Source: a virus
Lineage: Duplodnaviria > Caudoviricetes
Length of the DNA stretch: 61,891 nucleotides
Reading direction: 5' to 3' (one strand)
IMG/VR virus record: IMGVR_UViG_3300028198_000001
Coordinates: 1 to 61,891 of that record
The notes under the pieces are model-generated. The model ran no database searches. It worked only from the letters and a program-made list of their open reading frames with translations, and was not told the DNA's origin. Of this stretch, positions 49,795-59,384 are shown piece after piece. The translations under genes and the position numbers were made by a program. Positions within the stretch are counted from its first letter, which is position 1; each line of letters starts with the position of its first letter.

Positions 49795-51387
49795 TTAGAA
49801 AGTTCCACCGTCAACTACATTTGACCATGCTGGTGTTCCACTATTTGATTTAAGAAAATAACCATCAGTACCAGCTGCTGTAACTTGTATTGTTCCAGTA
49901 CCATTACCATATAATATTCCATTAGATGTAAATGTTGATGCACCAGTTCCACCAAATCCAACTGATAATTGTGCAGGAGTTGTCCAAGTCCCACTTGTAA
50001 CTATTCCAACACCTGTTGCACTTGAAGTATTAAGTCCTGTTCCACCATAGGTTGCACTAATTGCTGTACCATTCCAAGTCCCAGTTCCAATCGTTCCTAC
50101 AGTTGTTATTGCAGCTTGACCTGTCCATGCAGTATCAATAACAATATTATCTGATGTAACAGTAATACCAGTACCAGTATTAACATACATAGTATTTCCA
50201 GTTTTACTTAAACCATCACCTGTTGTTATTTGTCCTGTACCAGAAAACTGAGAAAATAAAATTTGTGTTGTTCCAAAAGTAATGGCAGTATCTTGTGTCA
50301 TTACATAACCATTATCTGCATTAGTAGTTCCACCTTCACAAAAGAAGAATACACCAGAATTTAATTCGCCTGCTGTATCTGCATCAGTTGCTCTGGTTAA
50401 AACCCAGTTGGAAGAACCATCACCAACAGTAGTTACTTTGTAAATACCATTTGCAGTATTACCAGTTTGGTCTTTAACTAATACTCTATCATTGAGTGAA
50501 AGTGCTACACCATCAATTGTAATTGCAGCTTGTGTTCCTGTGTTAGTTAAAGTTGCACCAACACCACTAACACCATTATTATATGTAGTACTTAGGTTTG
50601 TTGTGGTTGCAGCTTTAACCGAATCTTTTACTTCTAATCCAGTTAAGTTATTATCAACATATGTTTTAATTGCCAATGCACTTGCAAGAGTTGTATGAGT
50701 TCCTGCAACAGTTGATAAGTCTGTATCAAGAGCAGTAATACCATCTAATAAATTTAACTCGGTTGCACTTGCAGTTACTTGCGTTGCAGAACCACTTGTA
50801 CCAATCCAAAATTCTGATGTCTTAACAACATCAATATGTTTATTTGTATCAAGAACTACTGCTTTTCCTGCATAAGCATTTCCAACAGTCGTATCTAAAT
50901 AATTTAATTGTGCTGTTGATGCAGTACAACCATCAAGTTTATTTAATTCTCCTGAGTCTGATGTAACCCCAGCAAGAATATTTAACTCAGCAGTCGTTGA
51001 TGTAACACCATCAAGTTTATTTAATTCTGTTGCAGATACAGTTACTTGTGTTGCCGAACCTGTTGAACCAAGATAAAGTGCATTAGTTTTAATTGCATCT
51101 ACATGAGAATTGTTATCTGTTAGTATTGCAGATGCCGCAGTTAAAGTTCCATTGGCATGATCTAATAGTTTAGTAAAATAAGAACCACCGACAATTACAG
51201 CTGTCCTAGTTCCACCCAAACCATCTGCATGACCAATAAATAACTTGCCTAATCCTTGTTCGTCACCACTACCATCATCTGACGAATAAGAATACCCTAA
51301 TTCACCAGTAGTAAGAGTACCACCACTAATATGAGAATTAGGTATTGTGTTATTCGTTGATCTTTTTATTTGTATTTGATTGGCCAT
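49795..51387 (-). CDS. tail-fibre-like structural protein
   Basis: QIQIKRS...GELGYS; TATELNKLDG repeats; NDRVLVKDQ...NGIY...WVLTRATDAD; C-terminal DGGTF. Confidence 0.8.
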   Translation of the reverse strand: MANQIQIKRSTNNTIPNSHISGGTLTTGELGYSYSSDDGSGDEQGLGKLFIGHADGLGGTRTAVIVGGSYFTKLLDHANGTLTAASAILTDNNSHVDAIKTNALYLGSTGSATQVTVSATELNKLDGVTSTTAELNILAGVTSDSGELNKLDGCTASTAQLNYLDTTVGNAYAGKAVVLDTNKHIDVVKTSEFWIGTSGSATQVTASATELNLLDGITALDTDLSTVAGTHTTLASALAIKTYVDNNLTGLEVKDSVKAATTTNLSTTYNNGVSGVGATLTNTGTQAAITIDGVALSLNDRVLVKDQTGNTANGIYKVTTVGDGSSNWVLTRATDADTAGELNSGVFFFCEGGTTNADNGYVMTQDTAITFGTTQILFSQFSGTGQITTGDGLSKTGNTMYVNTGTGITVTSDNIVIDTAWTGQAAITTVGTIGTGTWNGTAISATYGGTGLNTSSATGVGIVTSGTWTTPAQLSVGFGGTGASTFTSNGILYGNGTGTIQVTAAGTDGYFLKSNSGTPAWSNVVDGGTF

Positions 51388-51399
51388 AGTTTATCCCTT

Positions 51400-51645
51400 T
51401 TACATTGTTCCTGCATCAAAAGCTAAATCAGTAAATGCTTTTAATTCATATCTTGATGTATTTGAGTTCCAAATTAATAAAGAATCATTTGGTGCAGAAG
51501 ATGAATCAACATCAACTGCGGCATTAACTGTTATAGTTCCTCGTACTTCTGTAGAACGAACAACCTGTGAAGCTGCTATACCCGGTTGTGTTACTTTAAT
51601 AACATTCGGAGAACCAGCAGCTGCTTGTACAACAACATTTGCCAT
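51400..51645 (-). CDS. small structural protein
   Basis: VDVD...SLLIWN...FDAGT fibre-type motifs. Confidence 0.65.
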   Translation of the reverse strand: MANVVVQAAAGSPNVIKVTQPGIAASQVVRSTEVRGTITVNAAVDVDSSSAPNDSLLIWNSNTSRYELKAFTDLAFDAGTM

Positions 51646-51983
51646 TACTTAGTTACCTCTGGTCTAATAGTTATTACTCCTTCAATAACTCTTGTAACTG
51701 TTGAATCGCTGTGTGTAATTTGTAAATCATAAACATATCTACCTGCTTTAAGTGCAGCTGTCTGTACAGCTGTCAATGACATAACAATAACACCACTTGT
51801 ATGTGGTGTTGATTTAGTTGCATTGATTGTTGTATATGCAGTTGACGTATAATTCTTTCTTAATTGAGATGTCGGAGTATATGATGTCAAGTCCTGAACT
51901 GTTGCACCATCTGTTTGATATACAGTAATTGACTTAGAAAAAGTCGAGCCTTGATCTATTATCTGATTTAGTATTGATGCCAT
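51645..51983 (-). CDS. small Ig-like baseplate/fibre adaptor (BppU-N-like)
   Basis: IDQGSTF...DLTSY...LTAVQTAALKAGRYVYDL...RVIEG...PEVT. Confidence 0.75.
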   Translation of the reverse strand: MASILNQIIDQGSTFSKSITVYQTDGATVQDLTSYTPTSQLRKNYTSTAYTTINATKSTPHTSGVIVMSLTAVQTAALKAGRYVYDLQITHSDSTVTRVIEGVITIRPEVTK

Positions 51984-52010
51984 TGTTTATCTCTTATCGG
52001 TGTTTATGTG

Positions 52011-52018
52011 TATTTATA
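52011..52018 (-). promoter_or_regulatory. late promoter TATAAATA
   Basis: Exact consensus, intergenic. Confidence 0.75.
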
Positions 52019-52053
52019 ATTTTGTACTACTATGTTGTGACTTTGAGTTTTTC

Positions 52054-53256
52054 TTAGTATTGTTGACTACCACCCAATTCACTTCTACCAATTGTTAAGT
52101 TACCTACATCTGTAGCAGTTCCTGTTGAAGAAAAAGAAAACTTATCAATTACATTAGAATCGCCATTTGATACACGATAACCACCCATTGTATAACCATA
52201 AGTAGTAGATGAAGCACCTGCCGCCCAATTCTGAATACTCTGAGAAAGTGTACTTCCACTAGCTACTGAATCACTATCTGATGCTGTAGACATTTTATCT
52301 ATTCTAGTAGTATAACTAGCTGGAAAAGATCCTACTGTATAAACATAACCATCTGTACTTTGTGTGGCACAACCACCATTGCCAGCAATAAGTGTTCCCA
52401 CAGCATATGTTGCTGTTTCAGATGCATAATCAAATTTATCAATTTGGCCATCACCAGGTGAATTATATCCCCCCATAGTATAACCATATGTTTCTGATGA
52501 ACCACCTCCAACATAATCTGTACTATATTGCATAACATTACCAACTAGAGTAGAACCTCCATCTGTTGCAAACGAATATTTATGGGCTATTCGAGCACTG
52601 CCAGTTGGTGAAGGATTTGTATATCCGCCAGCTACATATCCGTAAGCAGTAGAAGTTATACCACAACCTGTTTGCCAACCAGTAGTTAAATCACCTACAT
52701 CTGTAGAATCAGCTGTAGTAGCCATAGCAAACTTATCAATTGTAATATTAGTTGCCCAAGTACCGGTTGCATAACCTCCAGCCAAATATCCATGTGTTGT
52801 AGAAGATGTCCCTGTTATTCCTCGTCTAGCAAGTGTTAAATCACCTTGATCTGTACTATTACCATCTGTAGCCATAGCATTTTTATCAATAGATGCGTGA
52901 TTTGGTTGATAACCACCAGAAGTAAAATATGATGTTGTACAATTAACAAAATGAAACGGTGCCACGTCACCTGTACCTGCTCCTACATTAGTCCATACGT
53001 TAGCACCGGCTGTTGCATCTGTGCAGATAAATATTTCACCATCAGTTGTATTTTTATATTTTATTCCGACACCACTAGGATTGGTGCTTAAGGTAGGGTC
53101 ACTAGCACCAGACAAAGTTGTACTCATTCCCGTCAATAAACTTCCGTCTACTGCTGGGACTTTTGCATTACTGTCCAGTTGTACTAATTGATTTGCAGAG
53201 GTACCGACATCTTCCATCATGCCGACATCAACTTTAGTGAGCGATAGAATAGTCAA
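52054..53256 (-). CDS. Kelch-like beta-propeller virion protein (paralogue 6); start uncertain
   Basis: Same architecture; closest to paralogue 3; TTG start or downstream ATG. Confidence 0.78.
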   Translation of the reverse strand: MTILSLTKVDVGMMEDVGTSANQLVQLDSNAKVPAVDGSLLTGMSTTLSGASDPTLSTNPSGVGIKYKNTTDGEIFICTDATAGANVWTNVGAGTGDVAPFHFVNCTTSYFTSGGYQPNHASIDKNAMATDGNSTDQGDLTLARRGITGTSSTTHGYLAGGYATGTWATNITIDKFAMATTADSTDVGDLTTGWQTGCGITSTAYGYVAGGYTNPSPTGSARIAHKYSFATDGGSTLVGNVMQYSTDYVGGGSSETYGYTMGGYNSPGDGQIDKFDYASETATYAVGTLIAGNGGCATQSTDGYVYTVGSFPASYTTRIDKMSTASDSDSVASGSTLSQSIQNWAAGASSTTYGYTMGGYRVSNGDSNVIDKFSFSSTGTATDVGNLTIGRSELGGSQQY

Positions 53257-53267
53257 TGTCTTGCCCT

Positions 53268-53360
53268 TTATGGTTTAGGATACTTGTCTTTGGTGGCCTT
53301 TAAAGAAGTGTAGAAATCACTTGTCTTGTCTAAGGTTCCGTCGTCTATTGTTATTGCCAT
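53268..53360 (-). pseudogene. 30-codon chimeric remnant
   Basis: MAITIDDGTLDKTSDFYTSLKATKDKYPKP*; the tail resembles the C-terminus of small fibre-associated proteins. Confidence 0.5.
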
Positions 53361-53605
53361 TATAATTTACCTCTTTCAACTTCAATCAAATCTTCAACCC
53401 CAGCAATCCAAGTCTTACCCTCATCTGTTGCTAATGCTTCACGCAATCTTCTATTTGTTATTGTGCTTTCTAATTCTTTAATTTTTCTCAACGCATCATT
53501 GCGTGGTTTAGCATCAGCGACTGCTTTTTCTTCCGCATCTCGTGCATCTTCCTCCACTTGCGTATACATCACCTTCACATCGTTGACCATATGGTGTCTT
53601 GCCAT
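53360..53605 (-). CDS. small fibre-associated (chaperone-like) protein
   Basis: MARHHMVN...EEDARDAEEKA...LESTITNRRLREA; follows a fibre gene. Confidence 0.65.
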   Translation of the reverse strand: MARHHMVNDVKVMYTQVEEDARDAEEKAVADAKPRNDALRKIKELESTITNRRLREALATDEGKTWIAGVEDLIEVERGKL

Positions 53606-53620
53606 TGAATTAATTCCTTT

Positions 53621-54613
53621 TTAAGATTTCTTAATACCCCACACGGTCATAGTTCCATTGGCAATGTTGCCAGCCGTGTAGTATATCTGTATTTGGGTTA
53701 CGTCAATCGCCGCTAATCGAGTACCACCAGTAATCCAAAGGCCAGAATTTACAGCCTGTCCAAAGCCAGAGAACATACCCTGAATTGCTGGATACGTTGA
53801 TGTTGCAGTATAAGGGCATTGTAAATGAAACATACCGCTTACCCCTTCACCACTTGCATTCCCCATATCCAAATGTGTGCCAGAAGGGTTGAGTGAAATC
53901 GCAGAAGCAGCAGCGGATATTGCATCTGCAGCAGCGGGGCCAGGAGCAGCAGACCGTAAACCGTGTTGCCAAGCGTAGTCCGAGGCTCCAGAATCTATAC
54001 CACTAGAATCTCCAAACCTCATCGAAAGCCCAACGCCATCATTTGCTGGTTGTAAATTGTCAATGGCAACAGCGTAAAGATCGTAGGTACTACTTAAACC
54101 ACTAACTGTTATGCTAGCTGGACTACCTGATGCTGTAGTCTTCGCAATAAAAGTCCAAGCACCCCCACCAGCAGCTGCCCATTCAGGTGCTGTTGCACCA
54201 GCATTCATAGTTAATACTTGTGCAGCTGTACCTTTTGCCAAACGTGCATAATCTGTTGCACCATGATAAAGAATATCTCCTGCTGCATCAGACCCCATAG
54301 CAATCTTTGTACCATCAACTGAATTAACTCCCAACTTAGCTGTCGTTACACTTCCATCTGCCGGAGTTGGTAAAACTAAAGTTTCTCCGAGATGTCTTAC
54401 AAATATTTTTACACCACTTGTAACACCTGCCATAGTAAGTGTAGTTCCACTTATACTATATGCAGTTGTTGATTGTAGTATACCTTGAACACTTACTTCA
54501 ATGGCACCAGCCGATGCAGGAGCTTGACTTAAAGTATATGTGCTTCCACCAGATGACGTAAAGTTATCTACTGGAAAATGTCCTGTCGTTGGTTCATTAC
54601 CTATATAACCCAT
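53621..54613 (-). CDS. fibre-like structural protein
   Basis: MGYIGNEP, SVTTAKL, GDILYH...YARLAKGT, C-terminal TQIQIY...GTMTVWG. Confidence 0.75.
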   Translation of the reverse strand: MGYIGNEPTTGHFPVDNFTSSGGSTYTLSQAPASAGAIEVSVQGILQSTTAYSISGTTLTMAGVTSGVKIFVRHLGETLVLPTPADGSVTTAKLGVNSVDGTKIAMGSDAAGDILYHGATDYARLAKGTAAQVLTMNAGATAPEWAAAGGGAWTFIAKTTASGSPASITVSGLSSTYDLYAVAIDNLQPANDGVGLSMRFGDSSGIDSGASDYAWQHGLRSAAPGPAAADAISAAASAISLNPSGTHLDMGNASGEGVSGMFHLQCPYTATSTYPAIQGMFSGFGQAVNSGLWITGGTRLAAIDVTQIQIYYTAGNIANGTMTVWGIKKS

Positions 54614-55006
54614 TTATTCTATCTCCTTCCAACTCGTAGTATCTTCATCCCAACTATATTTTTTGTCATCATCTGGATAAGGTGTAGGTGCATCCCATTG
54701 GCACGTTGATTCGTCTAGTAACCAAGATGGATATGGTTGAGGTGATATGAAAGCATCTCTATTCACATCATATGTATGTCCAATCCCAGCGTGATTTTTC
54801 CGTAAGGGTGTTTCCCCTAGTCGATGTTCACCTCGTCTTGTATTATATGATGTCTGTTTCCAAACAGACCACCCAGTTAGGATAGTTAGGAAGTCAATTC
54901 CTAATTGTTCAACTTCATTACCATTTGAATCTTTAAGTTCGTCATTATGGACAGACAAAACTTCAATAACTTTTGAATTTAATCCTATTTTTGCGAAAGA
55001 TGACAT
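54614..55006 (-). CDS. conserved small partner of Gly-rich fibre proteins
   Basis: FAKIG...WKQTSYNT...LRKNHAGIG...DAFISPQPYPSW. Confidence 0.75.
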   Translation of the reverse strand: MSSFAKIGLNSKVIEVLSVHNDELKDSNGNEVEQLGIDFLTILTGWSVWKQTSYNTRRGEHRLGETPLRKNHAGIGHTYDVNRDAFISPQPYPSWLLDESTCQWDAPTPYPDDDKKYSWDEDTTSWKEIE

Positions 55007-56118
55007 TAGGTTGTATAGCTCCCTGTACCAGTAAATGTTAATATCGTATCAGTACCACTTGTAGTAACAGTTGGAGTACCACTTGTTGTGCCAGAATATC
55101 TTGCGGTAGGCATTTTTAGAATAACTACGCCCTTACCTCCTGCACCACCCACAAAACTCCCTCGACCACCGCCACCACCACCACCCAAATTGGCAGAGCC
55201 GTTACTACCATTACCAGTACCAGACCCTGCTCCACCTCCTCCTGCTCCTGCCGATCCTCCTATTCTTGATGCAGGTGCATATCCTGCTCCACCACCGCCA
55301 CCGCCAGCATAGCTAACACTTGAACCAGAAATATTGTTAGCTGTCCCAGCTCCTCCAGCACCTCCAGTTGTCCCTGAAAAATTTGCTCCAACAGCAGTTG
55401 CTCCACCGCCTGCTCCTGCTGCGGTATCACCTGAATCAGTTCCAGTTCCACCATTATTACCCTGTGATGGTGATGTGCTTGGAGTGTTACCCGATCCTGC
55501 AACGGCAGTATAAGATGAATTAACGCCTCCACTTCCACCTCCAGACCCACCATCACTTCCAATTGATGCACTAGTATTTGCACCACTACCACCAGCACCA
55601 CCTCCAGCAGATGAAATCGTAGTTAATCCACTTCCACTAATAGAACTAGCAGCTCCGTCAGCTGCCATAGCTCCACCGTCACCTACAGTAATAGTAATAA
55701 CTGATGAAGTTGCTGCATTTTGTGTTGATTCTCTATATCCACCAGCACCCCCACCGCCCGAAGCATATTTTTCTGCAAGGTTTGGATCGCCAGCACCACC
55801 ACCTCCTCCGACAACCAGATATTCTATATTGTATGCTGTGTAAGGAGTAACATTCCCAGTTCCCTCACCAGTATTTGTCCAAACATTAGCTCCACTACTC
55901 ACCGTAGTACAAGTAAACATCTCACCGCTTGTTGTATTTACAATTACATCTCCAAGTGTAGGTGTAGCTGGACTTGATATAGTTGGGTCTGAGGATTGTT
56001 TTGTTATTTCATCTACTACAGCACCCGATGCTAACTTAACTGCTGTAACAATACCATCACCAAGGTCTGATGTTGTAAGAGGTGAAGGTGTAGGTTTCTG
56101 TCCTAAATATCCTGCCAT
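55006..56118 (-). CDS. Gly-rich fibre/adhesin protein carrying the same hinge as the propellers
   Basis: SSDPT...NTTSGEMFTC...GANVWTNTGEGTG, then EYLVVGGGG...GGKGVVIL. Confidence 0.8.
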   Translation of the reverse strand: MAGYLGQKPTPSPLTTSDLGDGIVTAVKLASGAVVDEITKQSSDPTISSPATPTLGDVIVNTTSGEMFTCTTVSSGANVWTNTGEGTGNVTPYTAYNIEYLVVGGGGGAGDPNLAEKYASGGGGAGGYRESTQNAATSSVITITVGDGGAMAADGAASSISGSGLTTISSAGGGAGGSGANTSASIGSDGGSGGGSGGVNSSYTAVAGSGNTPSTSPSQGNNGGTGTDSGDTAAGAGGGATAVGANFSGTTGGAGGAGTANNISGSSVSYAGGGGGGAGYAPASRIGGSAGAGGGGAGSGTGNGSNGSANLGGGGGGGRGSFVGGAGGKGVVILKMPTARYSGTTSGTPTVTTSGTDTILTFTGTGSYTT

Positions 56119-56450
56119 CAGGTAATCTCCATTATACTCAGCACAACATCTGCTGAATTTGCTGTATCACTCTGGACTTTTAATATGTCACCTGTATTCA
56201 TAACAACTTTTCCAGCTAGTGCATCCAGAGAACTTCCAGATGGGATTGGTAAATTTTGTCCGATGTTTACGTTTGCATTTCCTGAAGTACTACTTTCCAA
56301 CTTAACATCAACTGTTATTGCATTACTAACTTTATTTGAAATTGTTAATCCAATAAGAATTGTTGTCGTTGTTGCTGTCAATACAGTTATATCAGTATTC
56401 GCTGCAACTGCACCACCAGCTTTTGTATTTAATTTAAAAGTGTTTGCCAT
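56118..56450 (-). CDS. small beta-sandwich virion protein (MANTFK type)
   Basis: ILIGLTISN...IPSGSSL...GKVVMNTGDILKV...LSIMEIT. Confidence 0.72.
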   Translation of the reverse strand: MANTFKLNTKAGGAVAANTDITVLTATTTTILIGLTISNKVSNAITVDVKLESSTSGNANVNIGQNLPIPSGSSLDALAGKVVMNTGDILKVQSDTANSADVVLSIMEIT

Positions 56451-56460
56451 TATATCTCCC

Positions 56461-56814
56461 TTATCCTAGTGCTAGTGCAAGTGCTGCCGCATCATCTACT
56501 GATGCATGACCCGATGCAGCTATTAAAGTATTTACGTCAGCAGTTGTTGGATTTGCTATTGATGTTAGTTCTTTTCCTAAATATATAATATATAGAGTTG
56601 TTCCACTTGCGGGTGCTGATGTAAATGTGATTGTTGTACTTGATACTGTATATGATACTCCGGGTTCCTGTATGACACCACCATAAACAACCAAGAGGCT
56701 ATTCTGAGAAACATTCCATTTCAATACATTGAACGCAGTTAAAACTCCGTTTCCTGTAGTAATGGAAGTTTTTGCAAACTCTCCAATGTCAAGTCCTCTT
56801 CCTATATATGCCAT
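56461..56814 (-). CDS. short virion protein (MAYIG...ALALG)
   Basis: LLVVYGGVIQEPG..Y...ITFTSAP; C-terminal AAALALALG. Confidence 0.72.
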   Translation of the reverse strand: MAYIGRGLDIGEFAKTSITTGNGVLTAFNVLKWNVSQNSLLVVYGGVIQEPGVSYTVSSTTITFTSAPASGTTLYIIYLGKELTSIANPTTADVNTLIAASGHASVDDAAALALALG

Positions 56815-56833
56815 ACTCTGTTCCCTTTTAGTT

Positions 56834-56850
56834 TATTTATAATATTTATA
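56834..56850 (-). promoter_or_regulatory. tandem late promoters TATAAATA x2
   Basis: Exact matches at 56834-56841 and 56843-56850. Confidence 0.75.
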
Positions 56851-56868
56851 CTGTCATTTTGACTTCTT

Positions 56869-58155
56869 TTATACTTGACAGCCTGCTGGGGCGATTTGAC
56901 CATATGAAAGATTTCCAACATCTGTCGCATTTCCGTCTGAACTAAAACTATGCTTTTCTATAGTATCATTACCACCAACACCTCCACAAGTATATCCATA
57001 AGTAGTTGAAGATGAACCAGCTCGTTGATGGACTGATATTGTTAAATCTCCTACATCCGTCGCATTTCCATCAGCTGCAAAAGATACTTTGTCAATTACA
57101 TTTGAACTTGGATAACCACCTGATCTATAACCATAAGTTGCTGATGAAGTTCCTGCTGATGAATGAAGAGCTACAGTAGCACTACCTATGTTTGTCGCAT
57201 TAGATGCTGAAGTTAATGCAAATTTTTCGATGTTCGTTGTATTCGGGCCACCTCCAGAAATTGCGTATCCGTAAGAACCATCATCATTTGATGCTCCACC
57301 CCCACCATATGTTTGTCTAGTTAAATCACCCCAATCAGTTGCATTGTTTGACGAATTAAAAGCAAATCTTGAAATAACAGTTCCGTCTCCACCGCCCCCA
57401 CTATTATATTCTTGTCCAACACTCCAAGCGTGAGTTGCATTACCTACCGACATAGCAGCAGATGTGCCTTGCGTTAAGTCGCCAACATCTGTACTACCAC
57501 CAGATGAAACCATACTGAACCGAGCAATTTCATTTCCTGCGGCACCCCCTGCGGAACCACCAGCAGTATAACCATAACCATTATCTTTATCTGAACCCGA
57601 TGATTTACTTAATGATTGACCAGTAGTCCCAGCAATATCCCCCCAATCTGCCCCATCACCATCTGATGTGAACGAAAACCGTGTGATAGAAGGGTCGTTC
57701 CAATCTCCTACCATAAAACCATATGTTGTTCCACCAAAATTATATGGTACTATATCACCCGAACCACCTCCAGAACAAGTCCATACATTTTCTCCAGCTG
57801 TTGCGTCTGTACAAATAAACTGTTTACCTGTAGTATGATTAACCCACTCAGTACCAACTCCACCCGAAGGATTTGTTGATACAGTAGGATCACTTGCACT
57901 CTTGGTATAAGAAACAATACCTGTAAGTAAACTTCCATCAACTGCTGGTAAACCAGTAGCACCAACTACAACTAATTTATTTGCAGTCGTACCAGTATCT
58001 AATCGAGCAGTAGGAATAGTACCAGTAATATTACCACCTGCCATAGTAGTAACTGCACTACCATCAACAGCTGGAATCTTACTATTGGAATCTGCAACCA
58101 ATACTTCATTAGCTGCAACTACAGGAGTCCCTTTGATTATAATTTGTTGTGCCAT
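56869..58155 (-). CDS. Kelch-like beta-propeller virion protein (paralogue 7)
   Basis: Same architecture. Confidence 0.8.
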   Translation of the reverse strand: MAQQIIIKGTPVVAANEVLVADSNSKIPAVDGSAVTTMAGGNITGTIPTARLDTGTTANKLVVVGATGLPAVDGSLLTGIVSYTKSASDPTVSTNPSGGVGTEWVNHTTGKQFICTDATAGENVWTCSGGGSGDIVPYNFGGTTYGFMVGDWNDPSITRFSFTSDGDGADWGDIAGTTGQSLSKSSGSDKDNGYGYTAGGSAGGAAGNEIARFSMVSSGGSTDVGDLTQGTSAAMSVGNATHAWSVGQEYNSGGGGDGTVISRFAFNSSNNATDWGDLTRQTYGGGGASNDDGSYGYAISGGGPNTTNIEKFALTSASNATNIGSATVALHSSAGTSSATYGYRSGGYPSSNVIDKVSFAADGNATDVGDLTISVHQRAGSSSTTYGYTCGGVGGNDTIEKHSFSSDGNATDVGNLSYGQIAPAGCQV

Positions 58156-58170
58156 TCAGAGTTCCTTAAG

Positions 58171-58482
58171 TTATTGTGCAGCTACCCAGTCAGCAACCAT
58201 TGTTTCAACTTCTGCATCAGACATATCAACCTCAGTTGGGCGTCCATTTTCATCCATTACTTTATATGGTGTTACAGCATGAACAGCAACTTGTCGTGCT
58301 TTCAAACCAGCTACATCAAGAACATTTACTGTTGAAGGAACATAATATTCTGTTGTGTCTGGTTCAACACCAATCATTTTATTATCATTATGCCAATGTC
58401 CACCATTAGTAATAAAAGTAGGCGTTGACATTCCATGACCATTCATAGGTGCATGAAGTTTATATTCTAAATACCTCGCCAT
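58171..58482 (-). CDS. hypothetical protein associated with the propeller/coiled-coil module
   Basis: SD AGGAG and late promoter at 58518-58525; EYKLH...TP.FI..GGHW. Confidence 0.7.
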   Translation of the reverse strand: MARYLEYKLHAPMNGHGMSTPTFITNGGHWHNDNKMIGVEPDTTEYYVPSTVNVLDVAGLKARQVAVHAVTPYKVMDENGRPTEVDMSDAEVETMVADWVAAQ

Positions 58483-58528
58483 GTTTTTTCTCCTTTTAAA
58501 AATTTAATCATCGTTAATATTTATACAA

Positions 58529-59341
58529 TCATTCCGACTTCTTTTTCTTTTTGTAAATATAAGCATGATTTACAATTGCATCCACACCAATTCGTTTCAA
58601 TGAATGTTTGTGCTCATCCTTAAATGTTTCTACCATCTGGTCTAAAAATATATGCAAGCTTTGAACACTTGGATGCTTATTTTTATCCAATTCTTTTTGC
58701 ACACTTGCCATGTACTCTCTTGATAACTTCTCACCCACCATTGGATGAATACCAAATTGTTCCCAATACTCAACAGTTGATATTGCTATCTTTCCACTTG
58801 ACATCAAGTTTTGAATAGATTGTCTGAATCCCATTCGTATTGCATTTTCAATTTCTGAAGCTTCAAAATCTTCTTCATCCCAATCTTCTGCAATACCATG
58901 TGATGTACGAATCTCATCATATATATCTTGGTACATTCCAATTTCTTTCATCGCATTCTCTGCCGATGACCTCATTTGTTCTATTCCAACTCTAGCTTCT
59001 TCTGCTCTTACTTTATCCAGTTCGTTTTCAGAATCTTCCCACTTCTCAATTTTAATTTTATTTTTTTTAGTTTTAAAATGTGCCTCTATTAATGCATTTC
59101 GTTTATTGTCTATCTGTGATAAACATTGTTTCATTTGACGATATGGACTATCTGCCAACATCGTCATTGTCATCAACGTAGAAGTTGTCTGACTATTCTT
59201 TCTTCCTACTGCCGTTTTAGCTCTGTGTAATTCTGGTAATCTATCACAAATTTTTATTAATGCTTCTGCACTTATTGTTGTATTTGGAATTAAATCATTA
59301 ACTAATGTTTCAGATAAAACCAAAGATTTTTCTTCACTCAT
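58529..59341 (-). CDS. coiled-coil protein, propeller-array partner 2
   Basis: Homologous to 42650-43531; late promoter at 59358-59365. Confidence 0.75.
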   Translation of the reverse strand: MSEEKSLVLSETLVNDLIPNTTISAEALIKICDRLPELHRAKTAVGRKNSQTTSTLMTMTMLADSPYRQMKQCLSQIDNKRNALIEAHFKTKKNKIKIEKWEDSENELDKVRAEEARVGIEQMRSSAENAMKEIGMYQDIYDEIRTSHGIAEDWDEEDFEASEIENAIRMGFRQSIQNLMSSGKIAISTVEYWEQFGIHPMVGEKLSREYMASVQKELDKNKHPSVQSLHIFLDQMVETFKDEHKHSLKRIGVDAIVNHAYIYKKKKKSE

Positions 59342-59384
59342 ATTTTCTCCTTGTTAATATTTATACTGTTTGTTTTCCTTAGTA

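Noticed and set aside
44480-53007. CRISPR-like array from the recurring 26-bp repeat
   Set aside because: Copies are over 1 kb apart, in frame inside coding sequence, with no cas genes.
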